A stretch of DNA of 64,000 nt from Candidatus Saccharimonadota bacterium (GTDB lineage Bacteria > Patescibacteriota > Saccharimonadia > Saccharimonadales > JAXHMH01), in NCBI GenBank assembly GCA_034521515.1, contig JAXHMH010000004.1, forward strand, positions 485-64,484. Reading direction: 5' to 3'. The notes beneath the pieces are model-generated. The model saw only the letters and a program-made list of their open reading frames with translations. It did no database searches and had not been told where the DNA came from. Position 1 is the stretch's first letter. Every line of letters starts with the position of its first letter. The position numbers were made by a program, and so were the translations under genes. Below, piece after piece: positions 36,337-46,836 of this stretch.

Positions 36337-37772
36337 GTGCGCAAGATGATGAGTGGCCGGCAGTAGCCGATATGGCTCGTTTGGTTCAGTCTGGGAAATC
36401 AACTGCTTTGAGTTATGTCGAGCGAGCCTTAAAAACTATCAAAGACAAACAAGAGTTTAATGCAGTTATTTCGCTAACGGCTGAGCGCGCAAAAAAACGC
36501 GCAAAAATGATTGACAGGCAGGTAAAAAACGGGGAACAGGTTGGTAGGCTAGCGGGCGTGCCGTTTATTGCCAAAGATAATTTCTTGGCCTTTGGGTCAG
36601 AAACGACTGCCGGCAGTAATATACTAAAAAACTTTAAAGCGCCATATCAGTCAACTGCAATCGAACGTTTGGAAGAAGAAGGAGCAATTCTAGTCGCTAA
36701 AGCAAATCTTGATGCTTTTGCGCATGGCTCCAGTACTGAGAATAGTGATTTTATGACGACCAAAAACCCACACGACAAAACGCGTGTACCCGGTGGTAGT
36801 AGTGGAGGATCGGCGGCAGCAGTTGTATTGAATATGGTTCCTTTTTCACTAGGTACTGATACAGGTGGTTCTATACGGTTGCCGGCTGCATTCTGCGGAG
36901 CAGTCGGCTATAAGCCGACATACGGCCTAGTTTCAAGAAGTGGAGTCGTCGCAATGGCAAGTAGCACCGATGTTATCGGTCCGCTAGCGAGGACAGTTGA
37001 TGACGTAGCCTTAGTCTTGGATTGTATGTCTGGAAAAGACGAACTTGATAGCACTACAATCGATAGAGACAAGGATAGTTACGCAACTTTTGATAACAAC
37101 TCACTGGAGAAAAAAACAATCGGCGTGATTAAGGAGTACTTATCTGAGGATCTCGATCCGCAGATAAAGGCTCGTATCGAGCAAGCAATCGCCAAAATAC
37201 AAGAAGCTGGCCCCAAAATTAAAGAAGTTAGCCTACCGTCATTACCGTTAGCCTTGGCGGCCTATTACATTATCGTACCAGCAGAAGTAAGTAGTAATCT
37301 GAGTCGATACGATGGCCAGCGTTATGGATTTTCCAATCCTGAGGCTACTAATTTGGATGAAAGCTATAGTATGTCGCGCAGCACGGGGTTTGGCGATGAG
37401 GCAAAACGCCGGATTATGATAGGTACTTACGTACTTTCCAGTGGATACTACGATGCATATTACAAACGGGCTCAACGTTTGCGAACAAAGTTAATAAACG
37501 AGTATAAACAAGTGTTTGATACAGTCGATTTTTTGGTTGGCCCGACTGCTCCGACGACTGCTTTCCCGATTGGAGCGCTTGTAGACGATCCATTACAGAT
37601 GTACTTGACCGATATAATGACAGTAGCCGCTAACTTAGTCGGAGTTCCGGCTATTAGTATTCCCGCCGGTAAAGTAGACAGTCTGCCAGTCGGGTTACAG
37701 CTTGTTGCTCCACAGCAAGCAGATAGAGCACTTCTAAGCTTCACCAAACAGATAGAGGAGGTAGTGCAATGA
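36333..37772 (+). CDS. gatA: Asp/Glu-tRNA amidotransferase subunit A
   Basis: Amidase signature GGSSGGSAAAV and GTDTGGSIRLPA. Confidence 0.95.
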   Translation: MSAQDDEWPAVADMARLVQSGKSTALSYVERALKTIKDKQEFNAVISLTAERAKKRAKMIDRQVKNGEQVGRLAGVPFIAKDNFLAFGSETTAGSNILKNFKAPYQSTAIERLEEEGAILVAKANLDAFAHGSSTENSDFMTTKNPHDKTRVPGGSSGGSAAAVVLNMVPFSLGTDTGGSIRLPAAFCGAVGYKPTYGLVSRSGVVAMASSTDVIGPLARTVDDVALVLDCMSGKDELDSTTIDRDKDSYATFDNNSLEKKTIGVIKEYLSEDLDPQIKARIEQAIAKIQEAGPKIKEVSLPSLPLALAAYYIIVPAEVSSNLSRYDGQRYGFSNPEATNLDESYSMSRSTGFGDEAKRRIMIGTYVLSSGYYDAYYKRAQRLRTKLINEYKQVFDTVDFLVGPTAPTTAFPIGALVDDPLQMYLTDIMTVAANLVGVPAISIPAGKVDSLPVGLQLVAPQQADRALLSFTKQIEEVVQ

Positions 37773-38197
37773 GCATGGAAGCGATAGTAATTAGTGTATT
37801 CACTGCGACTCTAACAACAGTACCGGCTATTCTTATTTACAGGAGGATTCCCAAAAAACTTAAAGTAGAAAAATACCAGGCAAAATGGAAAGAGTTGCAA
37901 GCGTTTTGTAAAGATAAAGATACCTGGAAAGAGGCTGTTATTGCAGCTGATGCCTTGTTGGAGGACGCGTTAAAACGACGTAAATTCAAAGGGAGCCGGA
38001 TGGGGGAGCGACTTGTATCGGCGAAACCAAGACTAACCAATAATGACAGTGCTTGGTACGCACATAATCTATACAAGAAATTAGCTGGCGACCCGGAGTA
38101 TAAGCTGAAAGAAGATGAAGTAAAAAAAGCCTTGCTTGGTTTTAGGCAAGCTTTACGTGACATAGGAGCCTTACCAGGTGAGCAGCAAAAAAAATAG
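37769..38197 (+). CDS. Small membrane-anchored hypothetical protein inserted between gatA and gatB
   Basis: 142 aa with one N-terminal TM segment followed by a Lys/Glu-rich helical region. The ATGA overlaps the gatA stop, and its 3' end overlaps the gatB start by 20 nt. Confidence 0.55.
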   Translation: MSMEAIVISVFTATLTTVPAILIYRRIPKKLKVEKYQAKWKELQAFCKDKDTWKEAVIAADALLEDALKRRKFKGSRMGERLVSAKPRLTNNDSAWYAHNLYKKLAGDPEYKLKEDEVKKALLGFRQALRDIGALPGEQQKK

Positions 38198-39665
38198 CAA
38201 TCAATATCTCCCAAGCATTGGAATCGAGTGCCATGTTCAATTAAAGACGCAAACTAAGTTGTTTGCCGCGATCAATAATGATGCTCGCCAAGCTGCCCCG
38301 AATACTCTCATAAGCCATATTTGTCTTGGCATGCCAGGATCATTGCCGGTATTAAATAAACAAGCGGTTAAGTTATCCATTAAAGCGTCGTTTGCGCTTA
38401 ATACTCCTCCACAAAAACATACCAAATTTGACCGTAAGCACTATTTTTACCCGGATCTCCCTAAGGGCTATCAGATAACCCAGCTGGATGAACCGATCGT
38501 ACTTGGTGGTCACGTTGATATACCGGTCGAAGGGGATGTTAGGCGGATAGGTATAACCCGAGCTCATCTTGAAGAGGATGCGGGCAAAAACACACACCCT
38601 GCCGGTAAAGAATACAGTCTAGTCGACTTAAACAGAGCCGGTACGCCGCTGCTGGAAATTGTTTCTGAACCGGATATGCATAGCGCCGATGAAGCTAGAC
38701 TATTTGCAAGAGAATTATATCTGCTCATGCGTTATGCGGGAGTAAGCGACGCTGACTTATATCACGGGAATATGCGATTTGACGTTAACGTGAGTCTTAG
38801 TGATGATCCGGATCGTCTTGGCACACGGACAGAGACAAAAAATCTCAACAGTTTCCGAAGTGTTGAACGGGCGGTTGAATACGAAATAAAGCGCCAGACA
38901 GAACTTCTGGACAAAGGCCAAGTGATAGTCCAGGAGACACGTGGATGGGATGATGCCAAGCAAAAAACTGTCAGCCAACGGGGTAAAGAATTCGCTCACG
39001 ATTACCGGTATTTCCCAGATCCGGATATACCGCCAATCGTACTGGATAGCGACATGATTGAGGAGGTACGACAGACTATGCCGGTACTTCCCGGAGAGTG
39101 GCGCAAACGTCTTTGCGAGTTGGAGCTTGACGCTAGTCAGGTCGAGACGTTATTAGAGGCTGAGATTGATTGGAAAGATAGCAGTTTTCTGGGTCAAATT
39201 GCAAAAAATATGAAAGATCCATTATTCGCTAAAACTCTTGCCAACTGGTATGTAAATTTAGAGATCCCACTTCGGCGAGACGAGAGCAAAAGCGTGCAAC
39301 TTACAGACGATAACGCCCGCGAGCGTTTGTACAAAGAGGTTTATGATCTAATTCAAGATAATAAACTAAGCTCTACAAATGCAAAAGCGCTCATTACCAC
39401 GGTACTAACATCGGGTGCCGACCCAAAAAATTATGAAAAATATGCAACCGAACAAGGCTTTGTACAAGTGTCTGATGAAGGCGAAATATCTAGTATAGTT
39501 AAAAAAGTTATATCTGAGAATAATCAAGCAGCCCTAGATGTCCAGAATGGTGAACTAAAGGCTATTGGTTTTTTGGTTGGTCAGGTCATGAAAGCCTCAC
39601 AAGGAAAAGCTAATCCTGAAATGGCGCAAAGGTTAATTAAAGAACAATTAGGAGTCGAAAGATGA
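38178..39665 (+). CDS. gatB: Asp/Glu-tRNA amidotransferase subunit B
   Basis: GTG start. Matches IGIECHVQL, HLEEDAGK and the C-terminal GatB/YqeY domain. Confidence 0.95.
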   Translation: MSSKKNSNQYLPSIGIECHVQLKTQTKLFAAINNDARQAAPNTLISHICLGMPGSLPVLNKQAVKLSIKASFALNTPPQKHTKFDRKHYFYPDLPKGYQITQLDEPIVLGGHVDIPVEGDVRRIGITRAHLEEDAGKNTHPAGKEYSLVDLNRAGTPLLEIVSEPDMHSADEARLFARELYLLMRYAGVSDADLYHGNMRFDVNVSLSDDPDRLGTRTETKNLNSFRSVERAVEYEIKRQTELLDKGQVIVQETRGWDDAKQKTVSQRGKEFAHDYRYFPDPDIPPIVLDSDMIEEVRQTMPVLPGEWRKRLCELELDASQVETLLEAEIDWKDSSFLGQIAKNMKDPLFAKTLANWYVNLEIPLRRDESKSVQLTDDNARERLYKEVYDLIQDNKLSSTNAKALITTVLTSGADPKNYEKYATEQGFVQVSDEGEISSIVKKVISENNQAALDVQNGELKAIGFLVGQVMKASQGKANPEMAQRLIKEQLGVER

Positions 39666-40564
39666 GTACACACAAAGGTAGACCTGTCAGGAAAGCCGTT
39701 ATCGCGGCTGCTGGGTTTGGTACGCGGTTTCTGCCGCAAACCAAAGCGATGCCGAAAGAAATGATGCCTTTGATTGATAAGCCGGTCATCCAGTATATCG
39801 TTGAAGAACTTGTTGATGCTGGCGTGGAAGACATAGTTATTGTAACTGGTTACCATAAACGTTCAATCGAGGATCATTTTGATAGCATGAGTGCCGACCT
39901 ACGCGAAAATTTAGAAATGGGCGGAAAGGACAAGTTATTAAAACAAACACAAGGTATATCTGAGCTCGCTAATTTCGCATACATACGTCAAAAAGGGCCT
40001 TATGGTAACGGAACTCCAATGTTAAACGCTGAACATCTTATCGGCGACGAACCATTTATCTACACCTGGAGTGATGATTTTTTCGTGGCTCAGCCCAGCA
40101 GATTCAAACAAATGATACAAGTACATAAAGAGTATGGCTGTAGTGTTATGAGTGCACTAACTGCGTCTAGTGACAGCGATTATGATCGGTATGGCTTTGC
40201 TGCGGGAAACGAAATTAGCCCAGGTGTCATTGATACCACCGATATAGTTGAAAAACCGGGTAAGCAACACGCCCCATCGAATTTAGCTACGGTCAGTGGT
40301 TTTTTGTTAACACCAGATGTTTTTCCATATTTACACAAAGCCAGAAACGACCTGCAAAAAGGAAAAGAGTTGTACGGCAATGATGCGATTAAATTAATGA
40401 TTGACGATGGTAAGCGTGTTTTAACCTACAAAGTTGATAACGGCACTTATTACGATGCTGGTGATAAATTAGGTTACTTGAAAACGATTGTTGATTTTGC
40501 AATGGAACACGATGAGTTAAAAAATGACTTTACGAGCTACATAAGAGAAAAATTTAACCGCTAG
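39662..40564 (+). CDS. galU: UTP--glucose-1-phosphate uridylyltransferase
   Basis: Matches KAVIAAAGFGTRFLPQTKAMPKEMMPLIDKPVIQYIVEE. Confidence 0.95.
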   Translation: MSTHKGRPVRKAVIAAAGFGTRFLPQTKAMPKEMMPLIDKPVIQYIVEELVDAGVEDIVIVTGYHKRSIEDHFDSMSADLRENLEMGGKDKLLKQTQGISELANFAYIRQKGPYGNGTPMLNAEHLIGDEPFIYTWSDDFFVAQPSRFKQMIQVHKEYGCSVMSALTASSDSDYDRYGFAAGNEISPGVIDTTDIVEKPGKQHAPSNLATVSGFLLTPDVFPYLHKARNDLQKGKELYGNDAIKLMIDDGKRVLTYKVDNGTYYDAGDKLGYLKTIVDFAMEHDELKNDFTSYIREKFNR

Positions 40565-40593
40565 TATAGCCAGTTAGTGTATACTGGCACTGT

Positions 40594-40866
40594 ATGGATA
40601 CATCACTACAAATACTTGTAATCATTATTTCCTTGACGCTTGGGGTATTTCTGGTGGTCAGCATTGTAGCAATGGTTAAAGTCGTTAAGCTGGTTAATGT
40701 ACTTCAACGAATTGCCGAACAAACGGAGAACTTGGTTGAGAAAGCTAATTCTGTGGGCGAAATTCTTAAAAAATCCGCAGGGCCAGTCGCTGTCGGTCGG
40801 TTTGTTACACACATTACCAATGCTGTATTGAACAGAGATAAATCTAATAAGAAGAAGGAGCGTTAG
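40594..40866 (+). CDS. Small membrane protein (DUF948-like)
   Basis: 90 aa with an N-terminal TM segment and a helical tail. It sits next to a YtxH-type gene, as such genes often do in Gram-positive bacteria. Confidence 0.5.
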   Translation: MDTSLQILVIIISLTLGVFLVVSIVAMVKVVKLVNVLQRIAEQTENLVEKANSVGEILKKSAGPVAVGRFVTHITNAVLNRDKSNKKKER

Positions 40867-40868
40867 TA

Positions 40869-41297
40869 ATGGCAAAAAAACGAGGAAGCAATCTTGCACT
40901 AGGAGCAGTTGTCGCTGCTGGGGCAGGCTACGTTGCGGGGCTATTGACTGCACCAAAGAGCGGTAAAGAAACCCGTAAAGATGTAAAAAACGCTGCAAAT
41001 AAAGCTAGAGCCGAGTCTGAGAAGAAGCTCAAAGAAGCGTATGGAGAGTTGTCAAAACTCGTCACAAGGGCTAAACAAAAATCTACCCTAACTACGGATA
41101 AGGCCAAATCCGAGGTAAATAAAGCCGTGGAGCGTGCTCAGGCTGCTATGGATAAAACAGGTGTGCTATTGAGCGCTGTTCGCGAAGGCGAAACCGATGA
41201 CAAGGAGCTACAAAAAGCAATCAAAGAGGCAAAAGATGCCGCTAAGCACTTGAAAACATACCTTTCTTCAGATGACAGCAAAAACACCGAAAAGTAG
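40869..41297 (+). CDS. YtxH domain-containing protein
   Basis: GAVVAAGAGYVAGLLTAPKSGKETRKD is the YtxH signature. The remainder is Lys/Ala/Glu-rich and helical. Confidence 0.8.
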   Translation: MAKKRGSNLALGAVVAAGAGYVAGLLTAPKSGKETRKDVKNAANKARAESEKKLKEAYGELSKLVTRAKQKSTLTTDKAKSEVNKAVERAQAAMDKTGVLLSAVREGETDDKELQKAIKEAKDAAKHLKTYLSSDDSKNTEK

Positions 41298-41532
41298 CGA
41301 TTACGAGCGGATTGGCCGCTCAATGATGCAGATTTACGAGGGTGGATACGCCAATCGTAAGCGTATGTATCGAATAACCTTTATTAAAGGTTTACTGGCA
41401 GGTTTTGGCAGTGTTATTGGTGCAACGTTAATTGTGGCGATTGTGTTGTGGGTATTGTCTCTTCTAGGGAGTGTTCCGTTTATTGATTCGATCCGAGAAA
41501 CTATTGAAACCCAGCAGCCGAACGGGTTTTAA
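41272..41532 (+). CDS. Small membrane protein, unknown function
   Basis: 86 aa with one C-terminal TM segment (GLLAGFGSVIGATLIVAIVLWVL). The start is uncertain; an alternative Met lies at 41323. Confidence 0.45.
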   Translation: MTAKTPKSSDYERIGRSMMQIYEGGYANRKRMYRITFIKGLLAGFGSVIGATLIVAIVLWVLSLLGSVPFIDSIRETIETQQPNGF

Positions 41533-41607
41533 CTGTTGTAATTATAAACATCGTAACTTTCCTACAAATTGTCTACAATAGGGGCAAGCAGGAGGCTATT
41601 TATAGAA

Positions 41608-44600
41608 GTGAGTTCAAGCATTTCGCCAAAAGATTTCGTTCATCTACATAATCATACACAGTACAGCTTGCTTGACGGACTAACTAAAGTTCCTGAGTTA
41701 GTTGAAAGAGTTTCTGAATTAGGTATGGAAGCCGTTGCCATGACTGATCATGGAACGCTTTCCGGCGTGGTCGAATTCTATAAAGTGAGCGGCGACAAAG
41801 CAATTAAGCCAGTAATCGGTATGGAAACATATATTGCAGCGCGTAAGCATACAGACAAAGATTCTGCCAAAGATAAACAAAACTACCATTTAATATTGTT
41901 AGCCATGAACCAGACAGGTTACCAAAACCTCATGAGGCTGTCTACCATTGCTAACCTTGACGGCATGTATTATAAACCGCGCATTGATCGTGATTTGCTG
42001 GAGAAGTACAACGAAGGGCTTATCGTGCTTAGTGGCTGTATTGGAAGCGAACTCGGTGATTCGTTACGTCAGAATCAATACGAGCACGCCAAAAAAACAG
42101 CAATATGGTATAAGAAAATTTTTGGAGATAGGTATTATATAGAACTGCAAGATCATGGGCATCCTGATCATCCAAGCAAATGGAATGAGCAAGTAGAGGT
42201 AAATACAAAATCTATTGAGTTGGCCGATGAGTTAGATATTGAATGTGTCGTAACTTGTGATGCCCACTATTTAAAAAAAGAGGATAAGGAAGCACATGAG
42301 ACGCTTCTGTGTGTTCAAACTGGCTCATTTTTAATTGATGAAAAGCGTATGAGTTTGGCGGATTTTGAATTGTATGTATCGGATCCAAAGGACATCATAA
42401 AGAGGTGGGGCAAAGATCATCCAAAATCAATAAAAAATACTAGGGCTATAGCTGATCGTTGCCATGTTGAATTGGAACTTGGAAAGATATTGATCCCTAA
42501 ATTCCCTGTACCTAAAGGATATAGTGAAAAATCCTATCTTGAAAAACTTGTATTTGAAGGGCTCATGCTTAGATATGGCAGAAAAACAGGACTAGGTACA
42601 ACTAGCTCAAAAACAAACACAATCAAACAGCAGCTACCGGATGAAGTTCGAACTAGAGCCGAGTATGAATTGGGTGTAATTGAGCAGATGGGTTTTAGTG
42701 GCTACTTTTTAATTGTGTCCGATTTTATTCTATGGGGAAAACAACAGGGGATTGTGTTTGGCCCAGGAAGAGGGTCTGCGGCAGGTTCAATAATAGCCTA
42801 CGCTTTAGAAATAACTGAACTAGATCCTTTGGCTTACGATTTGCTGTTCGAACGTTTCTTAAACCCCGATCGTATTAGCATGCCGGATATTGACATTGAT
42901 ATACAAGATAACCGGCGAGACGAAGTTATTCAATACTGCATAGATAAATATGGAGCTGATAAGGTAGCCAATATTGTTACATTTGGCAAGATGGCTGCTA
43001 GGAATGCAGTTCGCGACGTATCTCGGGTACTGCAAGTGCCATACGCCGAAGCCGATCGTTTGGCTAAGATGATACCGCCACCTGTACAAGGAAGGCATAT
43101 TCCCTTGAAAACATCACTGCAAGAAAACGAAGATCTTAAACGTGAGTACGAGACCAATGAAACGGCTGCTAGAGTTTTTGATTTAGCGATTCAACTGGAA
43201 GGTACCATTAGGAGTCATGGTGTTCATGCTGCAGGGGTAGTTATTGCGCCGGATGATATTGTCAAGTTTGCTCCACTTGAGATGGCACAAAAAGGAGTTG
43301 TATCAACTCAATATCCGATGAATCCAATCGAAGACCTGGGGTTGCTTAAGATGGATTTTTTGGGATTATCCAACCTGACTATAATTCGAAATACCTTACG
43401 TATTATCAGGAAAGTTCACGAAACCGAACTGGATTTAAACAAACTACCGTTGGATGATGAAAAGACCTACGAACTCTTGAGCCGCGGCGATACAACCGGT
43501 GTTTTTCAGCTAGAATCATCCGGAATGAAACGTTATTTACGAGAACTTAAACCAACCGTATTTGAAGATATCGTTGCCATGTGTGCGCTCTATCGTCCAG
43601 GTCCGCTTGGAGCCGGGCTGACGGACAGTTTTGTTAAACGTAAAAATGGTGTAGAGGATGTTAGCTATGATCATCCATCTATGAAGCCGGCGCTTGAGAC
43701 CACCTATGGTGTGCTCGTATATCAAGAACAAGTGATGCAGATTTCTAAGGAAGTCTGCGGTTTTAGCGGTGGTCAAGCTGACACTTTACGTAAAGCAATC
43801 GGTAAAAAAATTCGTGAAGTTATGTCGAAGATGGAAACAGAGTTTATTGAAGGGGGAGTAAAGCACTCCGGTGTACCAAAACAAACCATGGAACAGTTCT
43901 GGAAACATCTTCTGGGATTTGCCGACTACTGTTTCAATAAATCGCACTCGGCGTCTTATGCTCTGATAGCTTATTGGACGGCATACCTTAAAGCCCACTA
44001 TCCAGCAGCTTTCATGGCAGCACTTATGACAAGCGATTTTGACGACACTGACCGATTATCTATTGAGATTACAGAGTGTAAGCACATGGGATTGGATGTA
44101 CTGCCGCCTGATGTTAACGAATCGTTCGTAGAGTTTGCGGTTGTGCCCGGAACAGATCAGATTAGGTTTGGCATGGCGGCGATTAAAAATGTTGGAACCG
44201 GAGCAGTTGAAGAAATTTTAAGGGTACGGAAAGAGCAGAAATTTGATAGCTTAGAAGATTTTTTTACAAGAGTGAATATCCGTATTGTGAACCGGAAAGC
44301 TGTGGAAAGTTTAATTAAAGCCGGTGCATTTGACAGGTTCGCAAACAGAAGCGTTTTACTTGCTAACATCGAGACATTAATGGCTTATGCTGCCCGCGTA
44401 CAGAAACAAGCAGCAAGTGGGCAGACTGATTTGTTCGGGAATGATATTGAAGGGAATATTCAACCAAAATTGCAGCTAGAAAACGGCGAAACACATACGC
44501 AGCATGAGGTACTTGTTTGGGAGCGTGAATTACTTGGTCTTTATCTTTCACAGCACCCTCTTCAATCGTACGAAGCATTATTAAATGAAAAAGCCGTACC

Positions 44601-45240
44601 ACTCAATTCAATCACCCGCGAGCTTGAAGGAATGACAGTACATATAGGTGGTTTAATTTCTGAGATGCGGGAAATAACCACCAAAAACGGCCAGAGTATG
44701 GCGTTTGTTAAAATTGCCGATCATCTTGGAGAAATCGAGTTAATTTTATTCCCTAACATGTATCAACAGACCACTGGTATATGGGATCGGGATAAAGTTG
44801 TTTTAGTCAAAGGAAAAGTTAGTGCAAAAGATCGTGACGGCAATCCGTCCGACGAAATAAAAATATTGGTATCCGACGCGCGAGAAGTTACGTACGAACA
44901 AGCCGTTGCATATGTCCCGACCGGTAAAGCTGCAAAAGTTCCCAAGCCGAGAACTAATAAAAGACCTGATGACAGAAATGCTGTCAATAATTCTATTGCC
45001 GATGTGAGTAAGCGCGATAGGAAAGTTTACGTTCGACTCGAGAGTAGTGCCGATCATCAACGCCTTATGAAGCTTAAAACAGTGATTGATATGAACCGAG
45101 GAGGTACCGAAGTTGTACTTGTGCTTGGGGCAGCTGATAAAAAGCAAATTATTAAATTACCTACCCGGGTAGAGTCATCAGAGTCTAGTATAAGTGAGCT
45201 TAGTAAGATAGTTGGTCGCGAAAACGTAAAATTACACTAG
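41608..45240 (+). CDS. dnaE: DNA polymerase III alpha subunit
   Basis: PHP domain FVHLHNHTQYSLLDG, a polymerase core, an OB fold, and a roughly 100-aa C-terminal tail. I prefer GTG at 41608, which is preceded by AGGAGG, to the TTG at 41569 in the ORF track. Confidence 0.95.
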   Translation: MSSSISPKDFVHLHNHTQYSLLDGLTKVPELVERVSELGMEAVAMTDHGTLSGVVEFYKVSGDKAIKPVIGMETYIAARKHTDKDSAKDKQNYHLILLAMNQTGYQNLMRLSTIANLDGMYYKPRIDRDLLEKYNEGLIVLSGCIGSELGDSLRQNQYEHAKKTAIWYKKIFGDRYYIELQDHGHPDHPSKWNEQVEVNTKSIELADELDIECVVTCDAHYLKKEDKEAHETLLCVQTGSFLIDEKRMSLADFELYVSDPKDIIKRWGKDHPKSIKNTRAIADRCHVELELGKILIPKFPVPKGYSEKSYLEKLVFEGLMLRYGRKTGLGTTSSKTNTIKQQLPDEVRTRAEYELGVIEQMGFSGYFLIVSDFILWGKQQGIVFGPGRGSAAGSIIAYALEITELDPLAYDLLFERFLNPDRISMPDIDIDIQDNRRDEVIQYCIDKYGADKVANIVTFGKMAARNAVRDVSRVLQVPYAEADRLAKMIPPPVQGRHIPLKTSLQENEDLKREYETNETAARVFDLAIQLEGTIRSHGVHAAGVVIAPDDIVKFAPLEMAQKGVVSTQYPMNPIEDLGLLKMDFLGLSNLTIIRNTLRIIRKVHETELDLNKLPLDDEKTYELLSRGDTTGVFQLESSGMKRYLRELKPTVFEDIVAMCALYRPGPLGAGLTDSFVKRKNGVEDVSYDHPSMKPALETTYGVLVYQEQVMQISKEVCGFSGGQADTLRKAIGKKIREVMSKMETEFIEGGVKHSGVPKQTMEQFWKHLLGFADYCFNKSHSASYALIAYWTAYLKAHYPAAFMAALMTSDFDDTDRLSIEITECKHMGLDVLPPDVNESFVEFAVVPGTDQIRFGMAAIKNVGTGAVEEILRVRKEQKFDSLEDFFTRVNIRIVNRKAVESLIKAGAFDRFANRSVLLANIETLMAYAARVQKQAASGQTDLFGNDIEGNIQPKLQLENGETHTQHEVLVWERELLGLYLSQHPLQSYEALLNEKAVPLNSITRELEGMTVHIGGLISEMREITTKNGQSMAFVKIADHLGEIELILFPNMYQQTTGIWDRDKVVLVKGKVSAKDRDGNPSDEIKILVSDAREVTYEQAVAYVPTGKAAKVPKPRTNKRPDDRNAVNNSIADVSKRDRKVYVRLESSADHQRLMKLKTVIDMNRGGTEVVLVLGAADKKQIIKLPTRVESSESSISELSKIVGRENVKLH

Positions 45241-45278
45241 TGTTACCGTACCCCTGATGGGATATTTGTGGACTAAGA

Positions 45279-46223
45279 TTAACGGATAAAGCCCTGACCT
45301 TGGCTAAGTATTACCGTGACTACTAAAATAAGCATGACTGCGGTATCTAAAATTGGGTGGTGGAGCACGAAGTTTTCACTATCTTTGATAAGTTTATGTA
45401 ATTTTAGTCCGTGGCGTATCAACATGAAGGTCGTTACTATACCGCTTAACAGCCCAACAGCAAAGAATATCCATGGTATTCTTCCGTTTGTCAGAGTCTC
45501 TACAAGCGCCACTTGTTTAACAGCTGGTTCAACTATCGGTTTATCTGAAGATATACCGGTGCCAGAAGTTGCCGGAAGCAATGGCGAATCTGATGTATCT
45601 TGTTGATTCTCTGAGGCTAATTCTAATGGTGTGGCGTACATTGCAACTACGATAGTTTGTGGGCCGTTTCCACGAAAGCTCTCCGTATTAACGTATCCAA
45701 ATCCAACATCTTGATAGGAATTGTCGAGCATATTCTGTCGATGCGATGTGCTATTCATCCAGCCAGCAATGGTATGACGGCTGTTTCGGAAACCGTATGC
45801 CAAGTTTTCGCCGGCTCTGGTGTATTCATAAGCCGTTTCATCAATGAATATCCAAGGCTCCTCTCCATCAGGTGTGTTATGTGACCAATAATCACGATTG
45901 GCCATGTCATTTGCTTTTGCTTGGGCGGCTTTGGTTAGTTCATCGTTGAGTTTCAGGGGGTTAACATCATAAGCAGAACGCTGAGCATTGGTTGTTTGTA
46001 ATAAATCAAGTGACGACATGCTGTTTGCGTAGGCTAATACATCTTGATTATTACGTGGCTGAATCCAGGTAATCAAAAAGCTGAATACGAGCACTAAGGC
46101 AATAGGTAGGTACGGCCAATAAACTTTTTTAAACAGCTTGGTGTGCTTGTGGTGCAAGCCATGGCGTTGTTTTTGTGTGTGGGTGTTGGTGTGGTGTGGC
46201 TTATGTGCCATATTACCTGACAT
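45279..46223 (-). CDS. CAP/SCP (PR-1-like, YkwD-type) domain protein with N- and C-terminal TM segments
   Basis: His-rich N-terminus, a TM segment, and a CAP domain (AQAKANDMANRDYWSHNTPDG...AGENLAYG...GWMNSTSHRQNML...VGFG). Starting at ATG 46223 avoids overlap with the upstream methyltransferase gene. Confidence 0.75.
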   Translation of the reverse strand: MSGNMAHKPHHTNTHTQKQRHGLHHKHTKLFKKVYWPYLPIALVLVFSFLITWIQPRNNQDVLAYANSMSSLDLLQTTNAQRSAYDVNPLKLNDELTKAAQAKANDMANRDYWSHNTPDGEEPWIFIDETAYEYTRAGENLAYGFRNSRHTIAGWMNSTSHRQNMLDNSYQDVGFGYVNTESFRGNGPQTIVVAMYATPLELASENQQDTSDSPLLPATSGTGISSDKPIVEPAVKQVALVETLTNGRIPWIFFAVGLLSGIVTTFMLIRHGLKLHKLIKDSENFVLHHPILDTAVMLILVVTVILSQGQGFIR

Positions 46224-46269
46224 TATACTACGTTTATGTTTTATTTCACTATAGACTGGCACGCGATGT

Positions 46270-46764
46270 TCAATAAAAGCGGCAGTGATATAACGCCATG
46301 GCGCACGCTTGTACGACGTTGAATGATTCTTTCTTGCCAAACATTGGAATTTGCAAGATTTTGTCAGATTTTGCAATTATCTCTGCCTCAAGCCCTTCAA
46401 CTTCGCGACCGACTATGATTGCGACTCTGTCAGATGGATGGTAGTCAGGCATTGATAACGACTGTGGAGTTTGTTCTAGGGCGCAAATCTCGTATCCATC
46501 GTGACGAAGTTGCTCCATAACACGCTTAATGGAGCTATCGTGTGTCCAGTTTATAAACTCGTGAGACCCAAGTGCGGTTTTACTGATCTTCTTAGTGAGT
46601 TTGGTTTGTATATGCGGTAACCTAGTATCATTTGAGTTGGCTGGGTATGGCGTATAACCAGTAAGGTAAACTTTACGAGCACCAATACCTTCAGCAGTCC
46701 TGAGTAGTGAACCTACGTTATGGCAACTCCTGACATTATGAGCGATAAGTATAAGTGAGCGCAT
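46270..46764 (-). CDS. SpoU/TrmH-family RNA 2'-O-methyltransferase
   Basis: Matches LILIAHNVRSCHNVGSLLRTAEGIG, IIVGREVEGL and the C-terminal knot motif SFNVVQACAMALY. Confidence 0.85.
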   Translation of the reverse strand: MRSLILIAHNVRSCHNVGSLLRTAEGIGARKVYLTGYTPYPANSNDTRLPHIQTKLTKKISKTALGSHEFINWTHDSSIKRVMEQLRHDGYEICALEQTPQSLSMPDYHPSDRVAIIVGREVEGLEAEIIAKSDKILQIPMFGKKESFNVVQACAMALYHCRFY

Positions 46765-46771
46765 CTGCTAT

Positions 46772-46780
46772 AGTTTAGCA
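46772..46780 (-). promoter_or_regulatory. Extended -10 TGcTAAACT, 7 nt upstream of the methyltransferase ATG (leaderless-type)
   Basis: The minus strand reads acTGcTAAACTatagcagATG. Confidence 0.45.
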
Positions 46781-46821
46781 GTTTTTATGTCCTCAAGGGC
46801 TAGTATAACGAGCTAGGCTTA

Positions 46822-46830
46822 TGGTTAAAT
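46822..46830 (+). promoter_or_regulatory. Extended -10 TGgTTAAAT, 6 nt upstream of the pilB-like ATG (leaderless-type)
   Basis: ttaTGgTTAAATagtcgcATG. Confidence 0.45.
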
Positions 46831-46836
46831 AGTCGC

